Assembly (NCBI GenBank): GCA_014860355.1
Contig: JACZJV010000062.1
Coordinates: 759-64,758, forward strand
Direction of reading: 5' to 3'
DNA from: Burkholderiales bacterium
GTDB lineage: Bacteria; Pseudomonadota; Gammaproteobacteria; Burkholderiales; SG8-39
DNA: 64,000 nt
Shown: in pieces, positions 10,053 to 21,700 of the stretch
How the letters are laid out: every line of letters starts with the position of its first letter
How positions within the stretch are numbered: position 1 is the stretch's first letter
The notes under the pieces: model-generated
Seen by the model: the letters and a program-made list of their open reading frames with translations, nothing else
The model's database searches: none
What the model was told of the DNA's origin: nothing
Position numbers and translations under genes: made by a program

Positions 10053-10942
10053 AGCCCGCCGAGTTTCGCTGCGGCACTATCGCCATCGTCGGTCGGCCCA
10101 ACGTGGGCAAGTCCACGCTGCTGAACCACCTGATCGGGGAAAAAATCAGCATCACTTCGCGCAAGGCGCAGACGACGCGCCACCGCATCACCGGCATACT
10201 CACCGATGCGAGCACGCAGTACGTATTTGTCGATACGCCCGGATTTCAGACCAGGAATACCAGCGCCCTGAACCGCCTGATGAACCGCAGCATTACCCAG
10301 GCCTTGCAGGACGTGGACGCAATCCTGGTGGTGATCGAGGCCGGTCGCATCAGCCGGGAAGACCGTCAGGTGTTCGATTTGCTGCCGACCGGGCGGCCGG
10401 TGGTATTGGCGGTAAACAAGATCGATCGCCTTGCGGACAAGAAGCAGTTGCTGCCGCTGCTGGCGCAGTCGCAGACCGAGCACGCGTTTTCCGATGTCGT
10501 TCCTGTCAGCGCCAAAAGCGGGGAGCAGACGCGGCAATTGCTGCAAGCGCTGCGCCAGCACCTGCCGCAGCAGCCGGCGATCCATCCCGCCGGCGAGCTG
10601 ACGGACCGCAGCGAACGCTTTCTCGCGGCCGAACTGGTGCGCGAAAAACTGTTTCGGCAGCTCGGCGACGAATTGCCTTACGGCGCCAGCACGACCATCG
10701 AAAAATTCGAGACCGAAGGCAGGCTGCGCCGCATCCATGTGGCTATCATTGTCGACAAGGCCGGCCACAAGGCGATGGTCATCGGCAAAGGCGGAGAGAA
10801 ACTGAAGCTGATAGGAAGCGACGCGCGGCGCGACATGGAGAAGCTCTTCGGCGGCAAGGTGTTCCTGCAGATCTGGGTGAAGGTCAAGCACGGCTGGACC
10901 GAGGACGAACGCACGCTCAAAAACCTCGGATTCGAACCATGA
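10049..10942 (+). CDS. era: GTPase Era
   Basis: [39 protein letters not shown] and C-terminal KH domain. Confidence 0.97.
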   Translation: MKPAEFRCGTIAIVGRPNVGKSTLLNHLIGEKISITSRKAQTTRHRITGILTDASTQYVFVDTPGFQTRNTSALNRLMNRSITQALQDVDAILVVIEAGRISREDRQVFDLLPTGRPVVLAVNKIDRLADKKQLLPLLAQSQTEHAFSDVVPVSAKSGEQTRQLLQALRQHLPQQPAIHPAGELTDRSERFLAAELVREKLFRQLGDELPYGASTTIEKFETEGRLRRIHVAIIVDKAGHKAMVIGKGGEKLKLIGSDARRDMEKLFGGKVFLQIWVKVKHGWTEDERTLKNLGFEP

Positions 10943-11661
10943 GCGCACGCGCACGCCAGGACAACCAGCCCGGGTACGTACTGCATACCTACCCCTTCCG
11001 CGAGACCAGCCTGGTGGTCGAAGCTTTCACGCGCTCGCACGGGCGCATTGCCATGGTCGCGCGCGGCGCCAAGCGCCCGCGTTCGGCGCTGCGAGGCAGC
11101 ATCATGGCATTCCAGCCCCTGGGCCTGTCCTGGTCGGGGCGGGGCGAGTTGCGCCTGTTGCTGCGCGCGGAATGGCAGGGAGGGCAGCAGCGCCTGCAGG
11201 GCAGGGCGCTGCTGTGCGGCTTTTATCTGAACGAACTGCTGTTGAAGCTCCTGCCGCGCGAAGACGCGCACGAACAGCTGTTCCTCGACTATCAGGCGGC
11301 GCTGGCGCGCCTGGCCGAGGAACCGCAGCCCGGTGCCGTGCTGCGACGCTTCGAGAAGGCGCTGCTGCGCGAACTGGGCTACGCGCTCTCACTCGAGCAC
11401 GACAGCGCCAGCGGCGCGGAGATCGACCCGCGCAAGTCCTACGCCTACGAGCCCGAGCGCGGACCTGTGGCGGTAAATGGCGCCGCGCCGGCGGGCCTGG
11501 TCGTCTCCGGGCAGACCCTGCTCGACATCGTGCGCGACGACTACAGCGACCCGCTGACCCTGCAACAGGCCAAGGCATTGATGCGCCTGCTGATCAGTCA
11601 TCGCCTGGAGCAAAAACCGCTGAACAGCCGGCGCATATTCGAGGAGCTGCGACAACTGTGA
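10939..11661 (+). CDS. recO: DNA repair protein RecO
   Basis: [38 protein letters not shown]; located between era and pdxJ. Confidence 0.93.
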   Translation: MSARARQDNQPGYVLHTYPFRETSLVVEAFTRSHGRIAMVARGAKRPRSALRGSIMAFQPLGLSWSGRGELRLLLRAEWQGGQQRLQGRALLCGFYLNELLLKLLPREDAHEQLFLDYQAALARLAEEPQPGAVLRRFEKALLRELGYALSLEHDSASGAEIDPRKSYAYEPERGPVAVNGAAPAGLVVSGQTLLDIVRDDYSDPLTLQQAKALMRLLISHRLEQKPLNSRRIFEELRQL

Positions 11662-12383
11662 TAGAACTCGGGGTGAATATCGATCACGTGGCAACGCTGC
11701 GCCAGGTGCGCGGCACGACCTACCCGGACCCGGTGCGCGCCGCCCTGCTCGCCGAGAATGCCGGCGCCGACGCGATCACGCTGCATCTGCGAGAAGACCG
11801 GCGCCACATCCAGGACCGCGATGTCGATGCGCTGCGCGCGCAGCTTTCCAGGCGCATGAATCTGGAATCCGCGGTGACGCGCGAGATGCTGCAGATCGCA
11901 CTGCGCGTGCGCCCGCACGATGTCTGCCTGGTGCCGGAACGGCGCATGGAACTGACCACGGAAGGCGGCCTCGACGTCGCGAGCCAGTTCGAGCGGGTGC
12001 GCGACGCGTGCCGGCTGCTCGGTGAATCGGGTATCCGCGTGTCCTTGTTCATCAATGCCGACAACGCCCAGATCGATGCGGCCAAGGCCGCAGGCGCGCC
12101 GGTGATCGAACTGCATACAGGCCACTACGCCGACACCGCGGGAGACGCGCAGCAGGCCGAGTTCAGGCGCATCTGCGAGGCGGTCGAATACGGCAATCTC
12201 ATCGGCCTCAAAGTCAACGCCGGCCATGGGCTGAACTATGAAAATGTAGCGCCGGTCGCTGCCCTGCCCGGGATTGCAGAACTCAATATCGGCCACGCGA
12301 TCGTGGCGCACGCCGTTTTCGTCGGCTGGGAGTCAGCCGTGCGTGAAATGAAACGGCTGATGACCGAAGCGCGGCGCGCGTGA
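11658..12383 (+). CDS. pdxJ: Pyridoxine 5'-phosphate synthase
   Basis: [24 protein letters not shown]; GTG start overlapping the recO stop. Confidence 0.96.
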   Translation: MIELGVNIDHVATLRQVRGTTYPDPVRAALLAENAGADAITLHLREDRRHIQDRDVDALRAQLSRRMNLESAVTREMLQIALRVRPHDVCLVPERRMELTTEGGLDVASQFERVRDACRLLGESGIRVSLFINADNAQIDAAKAAGAPVIELHTGHYADTAGDAQQAEFRRICEAVEYGNLIGLKVNAGHGLNYENVAPVAALPGIAELNIGHAIVAHAVFVGWESAVREMKRLMTEARRA

Positions 12384-12769
12384 TCCTGGGCACCGGCACC
12401 GATCTGATCGACGTGCGCCGCATCGAGCGCGCGCTGGCGCGCTTTGGCCACCGCTTTGCCCGCCGCGTCCTGGTCGAGCACGAATACCTGCGCTTCTGCG
12501 CGCACATAAAGCCCGCCCACTATCTGGCCAAGCGCTTCGCCGCCAAGGAAGCGTTCTCGAAGGCCATGGGCACCGGCATTCATTTTCCGGTCAACTGGCA
12601 TAACGTGAGCGTCGCCAACGAACGCTCGGGCAGGCCTTATCTGAAGTTTTCGCAAGCGCTCGCAGCGCTGCTCGCGCAGCGCGGCATCAGCCGGACGCAC
12701 TTGAGCCTGAGCGACGAAGTCGAAATGGCCTGCGCCTTCGTAATCCTGGAGGGCAGCGACCATGAGTGA
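12380..12769 (+). CDS. acpS: Holo-[acyl-carrier-protein] synthase
   Basis: [19 protein letters not shown] and [15 protein letters not shown] motifs. Confidence 0.95.
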   Translation: MILGTGTDLIDVRRIERALARFGHRFARRVLVEHEYLRFCAHIKPAHYLAKRFAAKEAFSKAMGTGIHFPVNWHNVSVANERSGRPYLKFSQALAALLAQRGISRTHLSLSDEVEMACAFVILEGSDHE

Positions 12770-13811
12770 CAGCCATGCAAGCGATGACCTGGGTCCGGTA
12801 ATGCTCGACCTGGCCGGCGTTGAATTGAGCGCCGCCGAGCGCGAAATGCTGCGCCATCCCCTCGTCGGCGGCGTGATTCTGTTTTCGCGCAATTACCGTA
12901 CACCGCAGCAGCTGTGCGAGCTTACCGCCGCGATCCGCTCGCTGCGCCGCCCCGAATTGCTGATCGCCGTCGATCACGAGGGCGGCCGGGTGCAGCGCTT
13001 CCAGGAGGGATTCTCGCGCATACCGCCCATGCGGCGCCTGGGCCTCGCCTGGGATCGCGACCGCGCCGCGGCGTGCAGGGCGGCGGGCGACATCGCCTAT
13101 GTGCTTGCGAGCGAGTTGCTTGCCTGCGGCGTGGATTTCAGTTTCGCACCGGTGCTCGACGTGGATTTCGGCGCAAGCGGCGTGATCGGCGATCGCGCCC
13201 TCCACTCGGAGCCGGCGGCGATCGCGCAACTGTCGGCAGCGCTGATCGCGGGCTTGCGCGAAGCAGGCATGGCGAGCGTAGGCAAGCATTTTCCCGGTCA
13301 CGGTCATGTACGGGCGGACTCCCACCTTGCCGTGCCGGTCGACGAGCGCAGCTTTGCCGAAATAGAGTCCGCCGACCTGGTTCCGTACAAGGAACTGATC
13401 GGGCACGGATTGACGGCGGTGATGCCGGCGCACGTGATCTATCCGGAAGTCGATGCGCATCCGGCCGGATTTTCGGCCAAATGGCTGCGGCAGATTCTAC
13501 GCGGGCAGCTGGGCTTCGAGGGCATGATCTTCAGCGACGATCTGTCGATGGAGGGAGCCAGCGTCGCCGGCGGCGTGGTCGAGCGCGCCCATGCCGCGCT
13601 CGATGCGGGCTGCGACATGGTGCTCCTGTGCAATGCCCCTGGAGCCGTTGCGGCGCTGTTGGCCGGGCTAGCCCCCGGCGCGACGAAGCAGGGTCGCGCC
13701 GAGGCGATGCGCGGCGCGCGCCTGGCGTCCGGGCTGGACGCGCTGCGGCCGAACAAGCGCTTTGCCCTGGCCCAAGCAGGGCTTGCGCGCTTTAGCTCCA
13801 CCCTGGCCTGA
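12762..13811 (+). CDS. nagZ: Beta-N-acetylhexosaminidase NagZ
   Basis: LIAVDHEGGRVQRFQEGFSRIPPMRRLG and GKHFPGHGHVRADSHLAVPVD (GH3). Confidence 0.95.
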   Translation: MSDSHASDDLGPVMLDLAGVELSAAEREMLRHPLVGGVILFSRNYRTPQQLCELTAAIRSLRRPELLIAVDHEGGRVQRFQEGFSRIPPMRRLGLAWDRDRAAACRAAGDIAYVLASELLACGVDFSFAPVLDVDFGASGVIGDRALHSEPAAIAQLSAALIAGLREAGMASVGKHFPGHGHVRADSHLAVPVDERSFAEIESADLVPYKELIGHGLTAVMPAHVIYPEVDAHPAGFSAKWLRQILRGQLGFEGMIFSDDLSMEGASVAGGVVERAHAALDAGCDMVLLCNAPGAVAALLAGLAPGATKQGRAEAMRGARLASGLDALRPNKRFALAQAGLARFSSTLA

Positions 13812-13843
13812 GCGCCCGGCCGCTGCGGCGTTCTCTGCCTTCC

Positions 13844-14497
13844 ATGCACGACAGCTTCAACCCCGATTGCCGCGATTGCGAGCGGCTCGCCGGCTTTCTC
13901 GACCAGGTGCGGCGCGACCATCCCGGCTACCACGCGCGCCCGGTGCCCGCCTTCGGCGATGCCGCAGCCGAACTGCTGATCGTGGGCCTCGCCCCGGGGA
14001 TGCATGGCGCCAACCGCAGCGGACGCCCGTTTACCGGCGACCATGCCGGCATTCTGTTATATCGCAGCCTGCATCAGTTCGGTTTCGCCAGCCATGCCGT
14101 GTCGCAAGCCGCGGACGACGCGCTGGTGCTGAAGAACTGCCGCATCAGCAACGCGGTCAAATGCCTGCCGCCGCAAAACAAGCCGCTGCCGCAGGAGATA
14201 CTCTGCTGCAACCGCTACCTCGCAGCAGAATTGCGCCGGCAGCCGCCGCGGGTGATCCTGGCCCTGGGCGCGGTCGCGCATCAGGCCGTGCTGCTGGCCT
14301 GCGGATTCAAGCGCGCGAGTTATAAGTTCGCCCACCACGCGGTACATGCCTTGCCGCCAGCGCCGAACGCACCCGCAGGCATCCGCCTCTACGACAGCTA
14401 TCACTGCAGCCGCTACAACACCCAGACCAAGAGGCTCACCGTAGCCATGTTCCACGCGGTCTTGCGCGACATCGTCGCCGAGTTGGAGCAGTCGTGA
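13844..14497 (+). CDS. Uracil-DNA glycosylase superfamily protein, family 5 (UdgB)-like
   Basis: [26 protein letters not shown] and a downstream [11 protein letters not shown] segment. Confidence 0.8.
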   Translation: MHDSFNPDCRDCERLAGFLDQVRRDHPGYHARPVPAFGDAAAELLIVGLAPGMHGANRSGRPFTGDHAGILLYRSLHQFGFASHAVSQAADDALVLKNCRISNAVKCLPPQNKPLPQEILCCNRYLAAELRRQPPRVILALGAVAHQAVLLACGFKRASYKFAHHAVHALPPAPNAPAGIRLYDSYHCSRYNTQTKRLTVAMFHAVLRDIVAELEQS

Positions 14498-16320
14498 GTG
14501 CGCCCGCCGAACCCGCACCGGCGTTCGATGCACAGGCGCTGATCGTCAGCCTGCCGCATCTGCCCGGGGTGTATCGCATGCTCAACGGGAGAGGTGATGT
14601 GCTCTACGTGGGCAAGGCGCGCGACCTGAAAAAACGCGTGAGTTCGTATTTTCAGAAGACCGCACTAAGCCCGCGCATTGCGCTGATGCTGACGCAGGTG
14701 GCCGTGGTCGAAACCACGGTGACGCGTTCCGAGGCCGAGGCGCTGATCCTGGAGAACAACCTGATCAAGTCGCTTGCGCCGCGCTATAACATTTTGTTCC
14801 GCGACGACAAGTCCTACCCCTACCTGATGCTGAGCGGCCACGCCTATCCGCGCCTGGGGTTTCATCGCGGCGCGCTCGACGGCAGACACCGCTACTTCGG
14901 TCCGTTTCCGCACACCGGTGCGGTGCGCGAGAGCATACAACTGCTGCAGAAGATCTTCCGCCTGCGCACCTGCGAGGACTCGGTGTTCCAAAACCGCTCC
15001 CGGCCCTGCCTGCTGCACCAGATCCGGCGCTGCTCGGCGCCCTGCGTGGGCCTGATCGACAGCGACGCCTATGCCGCGGACGCGAAGAACGCGGAACTGT
15101 TCCTGCAGGGGCGCGAAGACGACGTGCTGCAGACCCTGGGCGGCAAAATGCAGCAGGCGGCCGACCTGCAGCACTATGAACAGGCTGCGTTTTACCGCGA
15201 CCAGATCCAGGCGCTGGCGACTACGCAGCAAAAGCAATACGCAGAGAGCAGCAGCGGCGGCGACGCCGACGTCATCGCCTGCGCCGGGGCGGCTGGCGCA
15301 GCCTGCGTCAACCTGGTGATGGTGCGCAACGGCCGCCATCTGGGCGACAAGAGCTTTTTTCCGCACAACGCCGAGGATCGGACCGCGCCCGAGGTGCTGC
15401 AGGCTTTCCTCGCGCAGCATTATCTCAACCGGCAGCTGCCCGCGATCATCGTGGTCGGCGCCGAATTCGATGCGCAGGAGACCGGGGCTGCGCTGGCGGA
15501 TCAGGCGGGACACGCGGTGCAGCTGGTGCTGCGGCCGCAGGGGCAGCGCCGCGCCTGGCTGGAGATGGCGCAAAAGAACGCACAGCTCGCCCTGGCGCAG
15601 CGCCTGTCGCATGCGAGCAATCAGGAGGTACGGCTCGCCGCGCTGCGCGAGGCCCTGGGCCTGCCCGATGCGGTGCAGCGCATCGAATGCTTCGACATCA
15701 GCCATACCCAGGGCGAGGCGACCGTCGCGTCCTGCGTCGTCTATGACCGCTTCGACATGCGCAACTCCGAATACCGGCGCTACAACATTGCCGGCATCCA
15801 GGCAGGGGACGATTACGCCGCCATGCGCTCGGTGCTGCAGCGACGCTACGAGAAGATTTCGCGCGGGGAGGGCGCCGTCCCCGATCTGATCCTGATCGAC
15901 GGCGGCAAGGGCCAGGTGAATGTTGCGCGCGAAGTCCTGGCCGAGCTCGGCATGAACGATATTTTCCTGTTCGGCGTGGCCAAGGGCGAGGAGCGCAAGC
16001 CCGGGCTGGAACAGCTGATCTGCGCCGATGCGAAAAGCAGCATCCAGCTCGCACGCGACAATCCGGGGCTGCATCTGATCCAGGCCATCCGCGACGAGGC
16101 GCACCGCTTCGCCATTACCGGCCATCGCGCGCGCCGCGGCAAGTCCCGGATGACTTCCTCGCTGGAGGGCATCAGCGGCATAGGCGCCAAGCGGCGCAAG
16201 GAACTGCTGGCCCGTTTCGGCGGCCTGAAAGGGGTGGTCGGCGCAAGCATAGACGACCTGGCCCAGGTTCATGGCATAAGTCGCAGCCTGGCGGAAAGAA
16301 TTTACCGCGAGTTGCACTAA
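14494..16320 (+). CDS. uvrC: Excinuclease ABC subunit C
   Basis: [37 protein letters not shown] domain; 608 aa with C-terminal HhH. Confidence 0.97.
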   Translation: MSAPAEPAPAFDAQALIVSLPHLPGVYRMLNGRGDVLYVGKARDLKKRVSSYFQKTALSPRIALMLTQVAVVETTVTRSEAEALILENNLIKSLAPRYNILFRDDKSYPYLMLSGHAYPRLGFHRGALDGRHRYFGPFPHTGAVRESIQLLQKIFRLRTCEDSVFQNRSRPCLLHQIRRCSAPCVGLIDSDAYAADAKNAELFLQGREDDVLQTLGGKMQQAADLQHYEQAAFYRDQIQALATTQQKQYAESSSGGDADVIACAGAAGAACVNLVMVRNGRHLGDKSFFPHNAEDRTAPEVLQAFLAQHYLNRQLPAIIVVGAEFDAQETGAALADQAGHAVQLVLRPQGQRRAWLEMAQKNAQLALAQRLSHASNQEVRLAALREALGLPDAVQRIECFDISHTQGEATVASCVVYDRFDMRNSEYRRYNIAGIQAGDDYAAMRSVLQRRYEKISRGEGAVPDLILIDGGKGQVNVAREVLAELGMNDIFLFGVAKGEERKPGLEQLICADAKSSIQLARDNPGLHLIQAIRDEAHRFAITGHRARRGKSRMTSSLEGISGIGAKRRKELLARFGGLKGVVGASIDDLAQVHGISRSLAERIYRELH

Positions 16321-16435
16321 CGACCGGCTGATTGCGGTATCTTGAGAGCTGGTCTGGGGCCTCGGGCTGGCGGTACGCCATGTTTTCCGGCGCGCTTTCA
16401 GGCGCGCAATCCCGTGTCAATTTGGATATTCGGTT

Positions 16436-17005
16436 ATGCGTTTTAATGTTCCCAATGCGCTCACCTGGATGCGCATCGTGATGATTCCGCTGTTCGTCGG
16501 CGTGTATTACGCGCCGACCTCCTGGCTCACGCTGCCGCAGGAAAACCTGATCGCGACCGTCATTTTCACGGTTGCCGCGCTCACCGATCTGCTCGACGGC
16601 TACCTCGCGCGTAAACTGAATCAGGAGTCCGCGTTCGGCGCGTTTCTCGACCCGGTGGCGGACAAGCTGATCGTGGCGGCGGCGCTGATCGTGCTGGTCC
16701 ATCTTCATCGTCTCGATGCGGTCATCGCGGTGATCATCATCGGCAGGGAGATCACCATCTCAGCGCTGCGCGAGTGGATGGCCCATCTGGGCGCGGGGAA
16801 AAGCGTGGCGGTGTCCCTGATCGGCAAGATCAAGACCGTGTCGCAGCTTGTGGCCATCCCGATGCTGCTTTACCACGACCCGCTGGGCGCGTTCCAGCCG
16901 CAGCAGTGGGGCACCGGCTTGATACTGCTGGCCGCGGCGCTGACCCTGTGGTCCATGTTCTACTACCTCAAGATGGCCATGCCCACAGTGATAAAACATG
17001 GTTGA
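16436..17005 (+). CDS. pgsA: CDP-diacylglycerol-glycerol-3-phosphate 3-phosphatidyltransferase
   Basis: MRFNVPNALTWMRI and DLLDGYLARKLNQESAFGAFLDPVADK (CDP-alcohol phosphatidyltransferase motif). Confidence 0.95.
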   Translation: MRFNVPNALTWMRIVMIPLFVGVYYAPTSWLTLPQENLIATVIFTVAALTDLLDGYLARKLNQESAFGAFLDPVADKLIVAAALIVLVHLHRLDAVIAVIIIGREITISALREWMAHLGAGKSVAVSLIGKIKTVSQLVAIPMLLYHDPLGAFQPQQWGTGLILLAAALTLWSMFYYLKMAMPTVIKHG

Positions 17006-17043
17006 TCACAGAGGGCAATCCCCGGTATAATTCGCCTCCTCAT

Positions 17044-17119
17044 GCGGCAGTAGCTCAGTTGGTAGAGCGCAACCTTGCCAAGGTTGAGGTCGAGAGTTCG
17101 AGACTCTTCTGCCGCTCCA
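17044..17119 (+). tRNA. tRNA-Gly (anticodon GCC)
   Basis: GCGGCAG/CTGCCGC acceptor stem, anticodon loop cttGCCaag, T-arm gttcgag, encoded CCA. Confidence 0.96.
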
Positions 17120-17223
17120 AGATTCGAAGGGAATGCGCGTAAGCGCTTGCGGCACAGGCCGCGGGCGCGTTCCCTTTATCAATTGCGGATTGCCGTCGCG
17201 CCTGGCCGGCGCGGGCTCGAGAC

Positions 17224-17297
17224 GGCGGGATGGCAGAGTGGTCATGCAGCGGCCTGCAAAGCCGTGTACGCCGGTTCGATTCCGACTCCCGCCTCCA
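17224..17297 (+). tRNA. tRNA-Cys (anticodon GCA)
   Basis: GGCGGGA/TCCCGCC acceptor stem, anticodon loop ctGCAaa, ggttcgattcc T-arm, encoded CCA. Confidence 0.96.
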
Positions 17298-17327
17298 GAC
17301 ATTCTGCGTCGCCCTACGATTTCTTGC

Positions 17328-18575
17328 TCACCTGCCGATGCGCCCGGCCACCGCGCGTATCTGCCGCGGCGCTGCCAGCCAGATACACAGGCCGGAGGCG
17401 ATACTGCATCCGATTGCCAGGGAAAATGCCAGCGCATAGCTGCCGCTCGCGTCATACAAGGCGCCGGTGATCCAGGGGCCCAGCGCGCCGCCGGCGATGC
17501 CTATTCCCATCAGGGTTCCGAATATGCCGCCGTAATGGCGTCCCTGAAATATTTCCGCGGGAATGGCGCCGACGACCGAGGTGAGTCCGTAGCCGAGCAG
17601 GCCCTGCGCGAGCACCATGAACCAGAGCAGCGCGGGGCTGGGCCAATCGCGCATCAACAGCAGCGCGACATAGCAGAGCACGAAACCGGCGTTGCCCACG
17701 GTCCAGACCCATTCGCGTCCGATGCGGTCGGAGATGTGCCCGAGCGCGATCTGTCCGGGGATCGCGGCGAAGCTGACGAAGCCCAGCGCCCAGGCCGCGT
17801 ACATCGGTGCGAATCCGGATTCGATCAGATATTTGGTCTGGTGCACCTGCACCGCGTACCAGGAGAACAGGCCGCAAAAATAGCCCGCGGCGATCCACCA
17901 GAAGCGCGCCGTGCGCATGGCCCGGGCAAGGGTCCAGTCGATCGCGACCCAGGCGTGATCGATCACGTTTGCGTGCGGCTTGGCTGCGGTGGATGCCGGC
18001 GCGGCGACATCGCCGTCGGGTCCGGTGCCCAGGTCCTCGGGCCGGCGCCGGATCAGCAGGTTGAGGGGGGCCAGCAGGCCGAACACCAGGATGGCCATGC
18101 CGATGCAGGCGGCGCGCCAGCCGGCATGCTCGATAATCGACTGCAGCCAGGGCAGCAGCACGATGGAACCGATGCCGACGCCGGAAAAGGCGATGCTCAT
18201 CGCCAGACCCCTGCGGCGCACGAACCAGTTCGGCAGGTGCAGCGCCTGGCCGGTGAATCCCAGCGCCACGCTCCCCGCACCGACTAACACGCCCAGAGTG
18301 AGATAAAGGTGCCATGGCTGGCTCACCTGCGCGGCCAGCAGCAGACCGACACCCATGATGCCCACACCCGCCTCGAGTACGATGAGCGGTCCATGGCGAT
18401 CCATCAGGCGGCCGAGCAGGGGGCTCAGCACCGCCGAAATGAAAAAGCCGAAGGAGAATGCGCCGGCGGTGACGCCGCGCTCCCAGCCGAACTCCGCGAG
18501 GATGGGCGGAAACAGCAGCGAGAATGCAGTGCGCGCGTTGACCGCCACGCCCATGGTGACGAAGGCCACGGCCAC
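17328..18575 (-). CDS. Major facilitator superfamily transporter (monocarboxylate/oxalate-formate antiporter-like)
   Basis: 415 aa, 12-TM-like hydrophobic pattern, LSPLLGRLMDRHGP loop motif, GQIALGHISDRIGR. Confidence 0.85.
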   Translation of the reverse strand: MAVAFVTMGVAVNARTAFSLLFPPILAEFGWERGVTAGAFSFGFFISAVLSPLLGRLMDRHGPLIVLEAGVGIMGVGLLLAAQVSQPWHLYLTLGVLVGAGSVALGFTGQALHLPNWFVRRRGLAMSIAFSGVGIGSIVLLPWLQSIIEHAGWRAACIGMAILVFGLLAPLNLLIRRRPEDLGTGPDGDVAAPASTAAKPHANVIDHAWVAIDWTLARAMRTARFWWIAAGYFCGLFSWYAVQVHQTKYLIESGFAPMYAAWALGFVSFAAIPGQIALGHISDRIGREWVWTVGNAGFVLCYVALLLMRDWPSPALLWFMVLAQGLLGYGLTSVVGAIPAEIFQGRHYGGIFGTLMGIGIAGGALGPWITGALYDASGSYALAFSLAIGCSIASGLCIWLAAPRQIRAVAGRIGR

Positions 18576-18740
18576 GATGGCCCAGCCATAGAAGAACGGA
18601 AATCGCGGAGCCTTCAGGTGATCATCCTATCGTTGCGCGCGCCGCTGAAGACCCATCTACAGTGGATCGTGCGCAGGGCGCTACATTCTATACTGGATGA
18701 TGCCGCCCGCGCCGTGCCGGCACGGGCGTCTGGTGCGGAT

Positions 18741-21700
18741 CTAACGTTTGAATACGACCACGCCTGAAGCGGTGACTGCGGCTGGATTAGAGGATGTGTT
18801 GCCGCCGTGATTGAGCGAGTAAGCCATGCCCACGCCATTTCCGGTCTGCCCGGTAAATCCGCCGACCAGCGAGCCGGAGGTGTCGGCAGGGTTGGCCCCG
18901 AGGGACGTAGTTACGGTCATCGAACCGATGGTGTCGCCGAGTTTCTTCCCGGCCTGGAAGACATTGGCGCTGATCGGAATTCCGGTTGCGCTTGCGCCCC
19001 AGGTGTTGCCCCCGACCGTCAAATTGCTGAGCGTGGCATTGACTGTCTGCGCGGTGAAATTCGCCGTCAGGCTGGCGTTCGCAGCCGTCAGTGCCGCGCC
19101 CACGTTGCCGTTGCTGTCGACCGGGGAGGTGCCGCCTGCGAAGGTGTAGTTGAACGTTCCGGTGATCGGCAGCACGGTCGGCCCCGACTGACTGCCGCTG
19201 ATGACGAAAGGCACGCTCTGGGTTGCCGCGACCACGCCCAGCGAGGCGCCGCTGATGCGGTCGGTGACGCCGATGGTGCCGTTGCCGTAGCGGCCCCAGC
19301 GCATGCCGGTGGCGGGATCGTAACCCGCCTCGAGCACGGTTGCGGTTCCGACCGACGCGGCACCGGTCGCGCCGGCGACGGCGTAGACGACCGGAATATC
19401 GTTTACGAACGAGCAGTTAGTCGTGCATGGAGGCCCGTTGACTACCAGTACCGGCAGTTGCCCGTCCATCCTGACCGGGAGATTGTTGACGAACTGGGTC
19501 CGGTACGCCGACAGGAAGCCGCCGTCTATGCGGGTGTTTTCGCTGGGTTCCAACTCGCCTAGCAGCGTCATGCCCGGTACATTCAGGGCGAGATGGTACG
19601 GGGTCAGCGTGCTATAGGGCGTACCGTTCAAACTGAAGGCAAGCGCCCCGCTTGCGGTTTCGGTAGGGCAAGGACCGGAGGTGCAGGGGAGGAAGCCGTT
19701 CAGGTTGTAGGTAACCCCCGCGCCGCCGGCGCCGATGCCCATAAGCTGGCCCTCCATGGTGCCGAAGGTACCGGTGCTGCCGGTCAAGGTAATATTCATG
19801 TTGTCGTGCGAGCTGGTCGGCTGCACGGTAGTGCCTGAGGCTATGGTGGCGCCCGAATTTCCGGCGTTGGCGTGGAACGAGCCTTCCTGATCCAGACGGA
19901 TGCCGGGAGCGGAAACGACCCAGTTGCCCGCCGGCGTGGTCGCCTGCATATCGAAATTGACCGACGCGTTGCCAAAGTTGACCGTCAGCCCTGCAGAATT
20001 GACAGTGCCGATGGCGCCGTTCTGGTCGTGCAAAACCGAGGTGCCAAGATTATAGGTGGCGGTTCCCGGCACGACCACGCCGGTTGAATTGGTATAGCCT
20101 GCAATTGCGCCCGGCAGATAGATGGGGAAGGGCGCGGGCCCCCTGACCCAGGACAGGCCGTCACCAAGGACGGTTCGCGGTACTGGGTCCACGCATCCTG
20201 TGGTACCGAAGCAACCGTTGAAATCGACGCCGCTCACGGTCAGCGTCGGCGACGGCGACTGCCAACCGAGTAAAATGCTGCCATCGGTCGCGGTCGCAGT
20301 GCTTCCTATGGCAAGTGCCGTCGGCGTTGCGGGAGTCGCCGTGCCGCCGGACAATGCCAGTGCGCGATTGTCGCCAAACACCGAGGAATCACCCGGTTCC
20401 GTAATCGATACCAGATTCCCCGCCGCATCCGTCACCAGGCTGGTTTGCGGACGATCTGTCCAGAAGTTTCCGCTACTGCTCTGGTTGAACGAGTTGATTG
20501 CGTCAAAGTACGAGTACGTCGCGACTACCGTTACCGGGGCGACCGGTGCCGCTACGGGATAGGAGGCGCTCGTCGGAAGCACGATCTCGGGTCCCAGTTT
20601 GAATGCTACCAGTCCATTGATGTAGTCATCGACGACGCGACCCGCGGGTGGCGTAACTGCGTTCACCCCATAATTCGTATTGAAGGTGTAGCGGAAGAAT
20701 GCGCCATCGGCCGTTCCCGCATTGCCGGTCGCGCTGTCGAAACCGCCGCGTATGCGCCCGCCGTAGGCCGATACGCCGGTCGCTATATCGGGCGCACAGC
20801 CGCTGCCGAAACAGCCGATGTGCAGGTTGTCGGTGCCGGCAGGGTTGTTGGACGCGCCGCTGCTCACGTTAAATCCGCCGTTTGAAATCGGCGCATTGTC
20901 GAAGCGCGCGCTCAGGTTTTGGATCCCCAGCGATCCCGCAGGACCGCTGGGCATGGTGATTCTGACCGCGGCGCTCGCCTTGCTGTTGGTAAAGTCGGCG
21001 CTCAGGCGCGCGCCGTCCAGCGTTCCGACATTGCCGTAGCTGTCGGTCGGTGCGGTCGCGAACGACGGCGCGCCCGCGGCATCGCCGATGCGCGTGTACT
21101 GAAACACGCCCGTCAGCGGCAGCGAACTCGGTATCTGCGCCACGACCCACTGCAGGCTGCGTGCGGCGCCATCCGGGGCCAGCAGCGACTCGACGTAGCT
21201 GGTGCCGGTCGACAAATCGGTCACGTTGACGGCGCCGCCGCTCCAGCGCCCGAAGCGGATGCTGGTGGCAGGGTCAAAGTAGCTCTCGGCAGCTGTTCCG
21301 CCGCTGAACGATAGCCGCGCGTGCGCGAGCGGGGTGGGGATGGCGAACTGTGTCCGGCTTCCCGGGACATCATTCGCATGGTCGAAAACCACGTGCGGCG
21401 TATCGAGTACGCCGATCAGGTTGCCGCTGGTATCGAACAGGAAATTCGTGTTGACCGTCGATCCGGTTAGCGTTACCGGCGTAGTCGACGGTGTAGTCAG
21501 CGGTGTGTCCGGCGTCCCGGTCGCATTGTTGAACAGGTTTGAACTGGTCTTGTCGCTGACGATATAGGTGGTGACCGCCGGGTCGACCCCGGGGGCAATC
21601 TGGGTGGTGTCCCACAGCACCTCATTGCGCAGCACGGCTGTACTGGAAAAATTGGTTACTACCACGGTAGGCACGTCGACTACCGGAATAGTGCTGCCGT

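Noticed and set aside
9733-10938. N-terminal extension of the 642-aa ORF ending in RecO
   Set aside because: The extension is out-of-frame reading across rnc and era; the real recO starts at 10939.
14665-16317. 550-aa minus-strand ORF opposite uvrC
   Set aside because: Mirror ORF of uvrC with no recognisable protein features.
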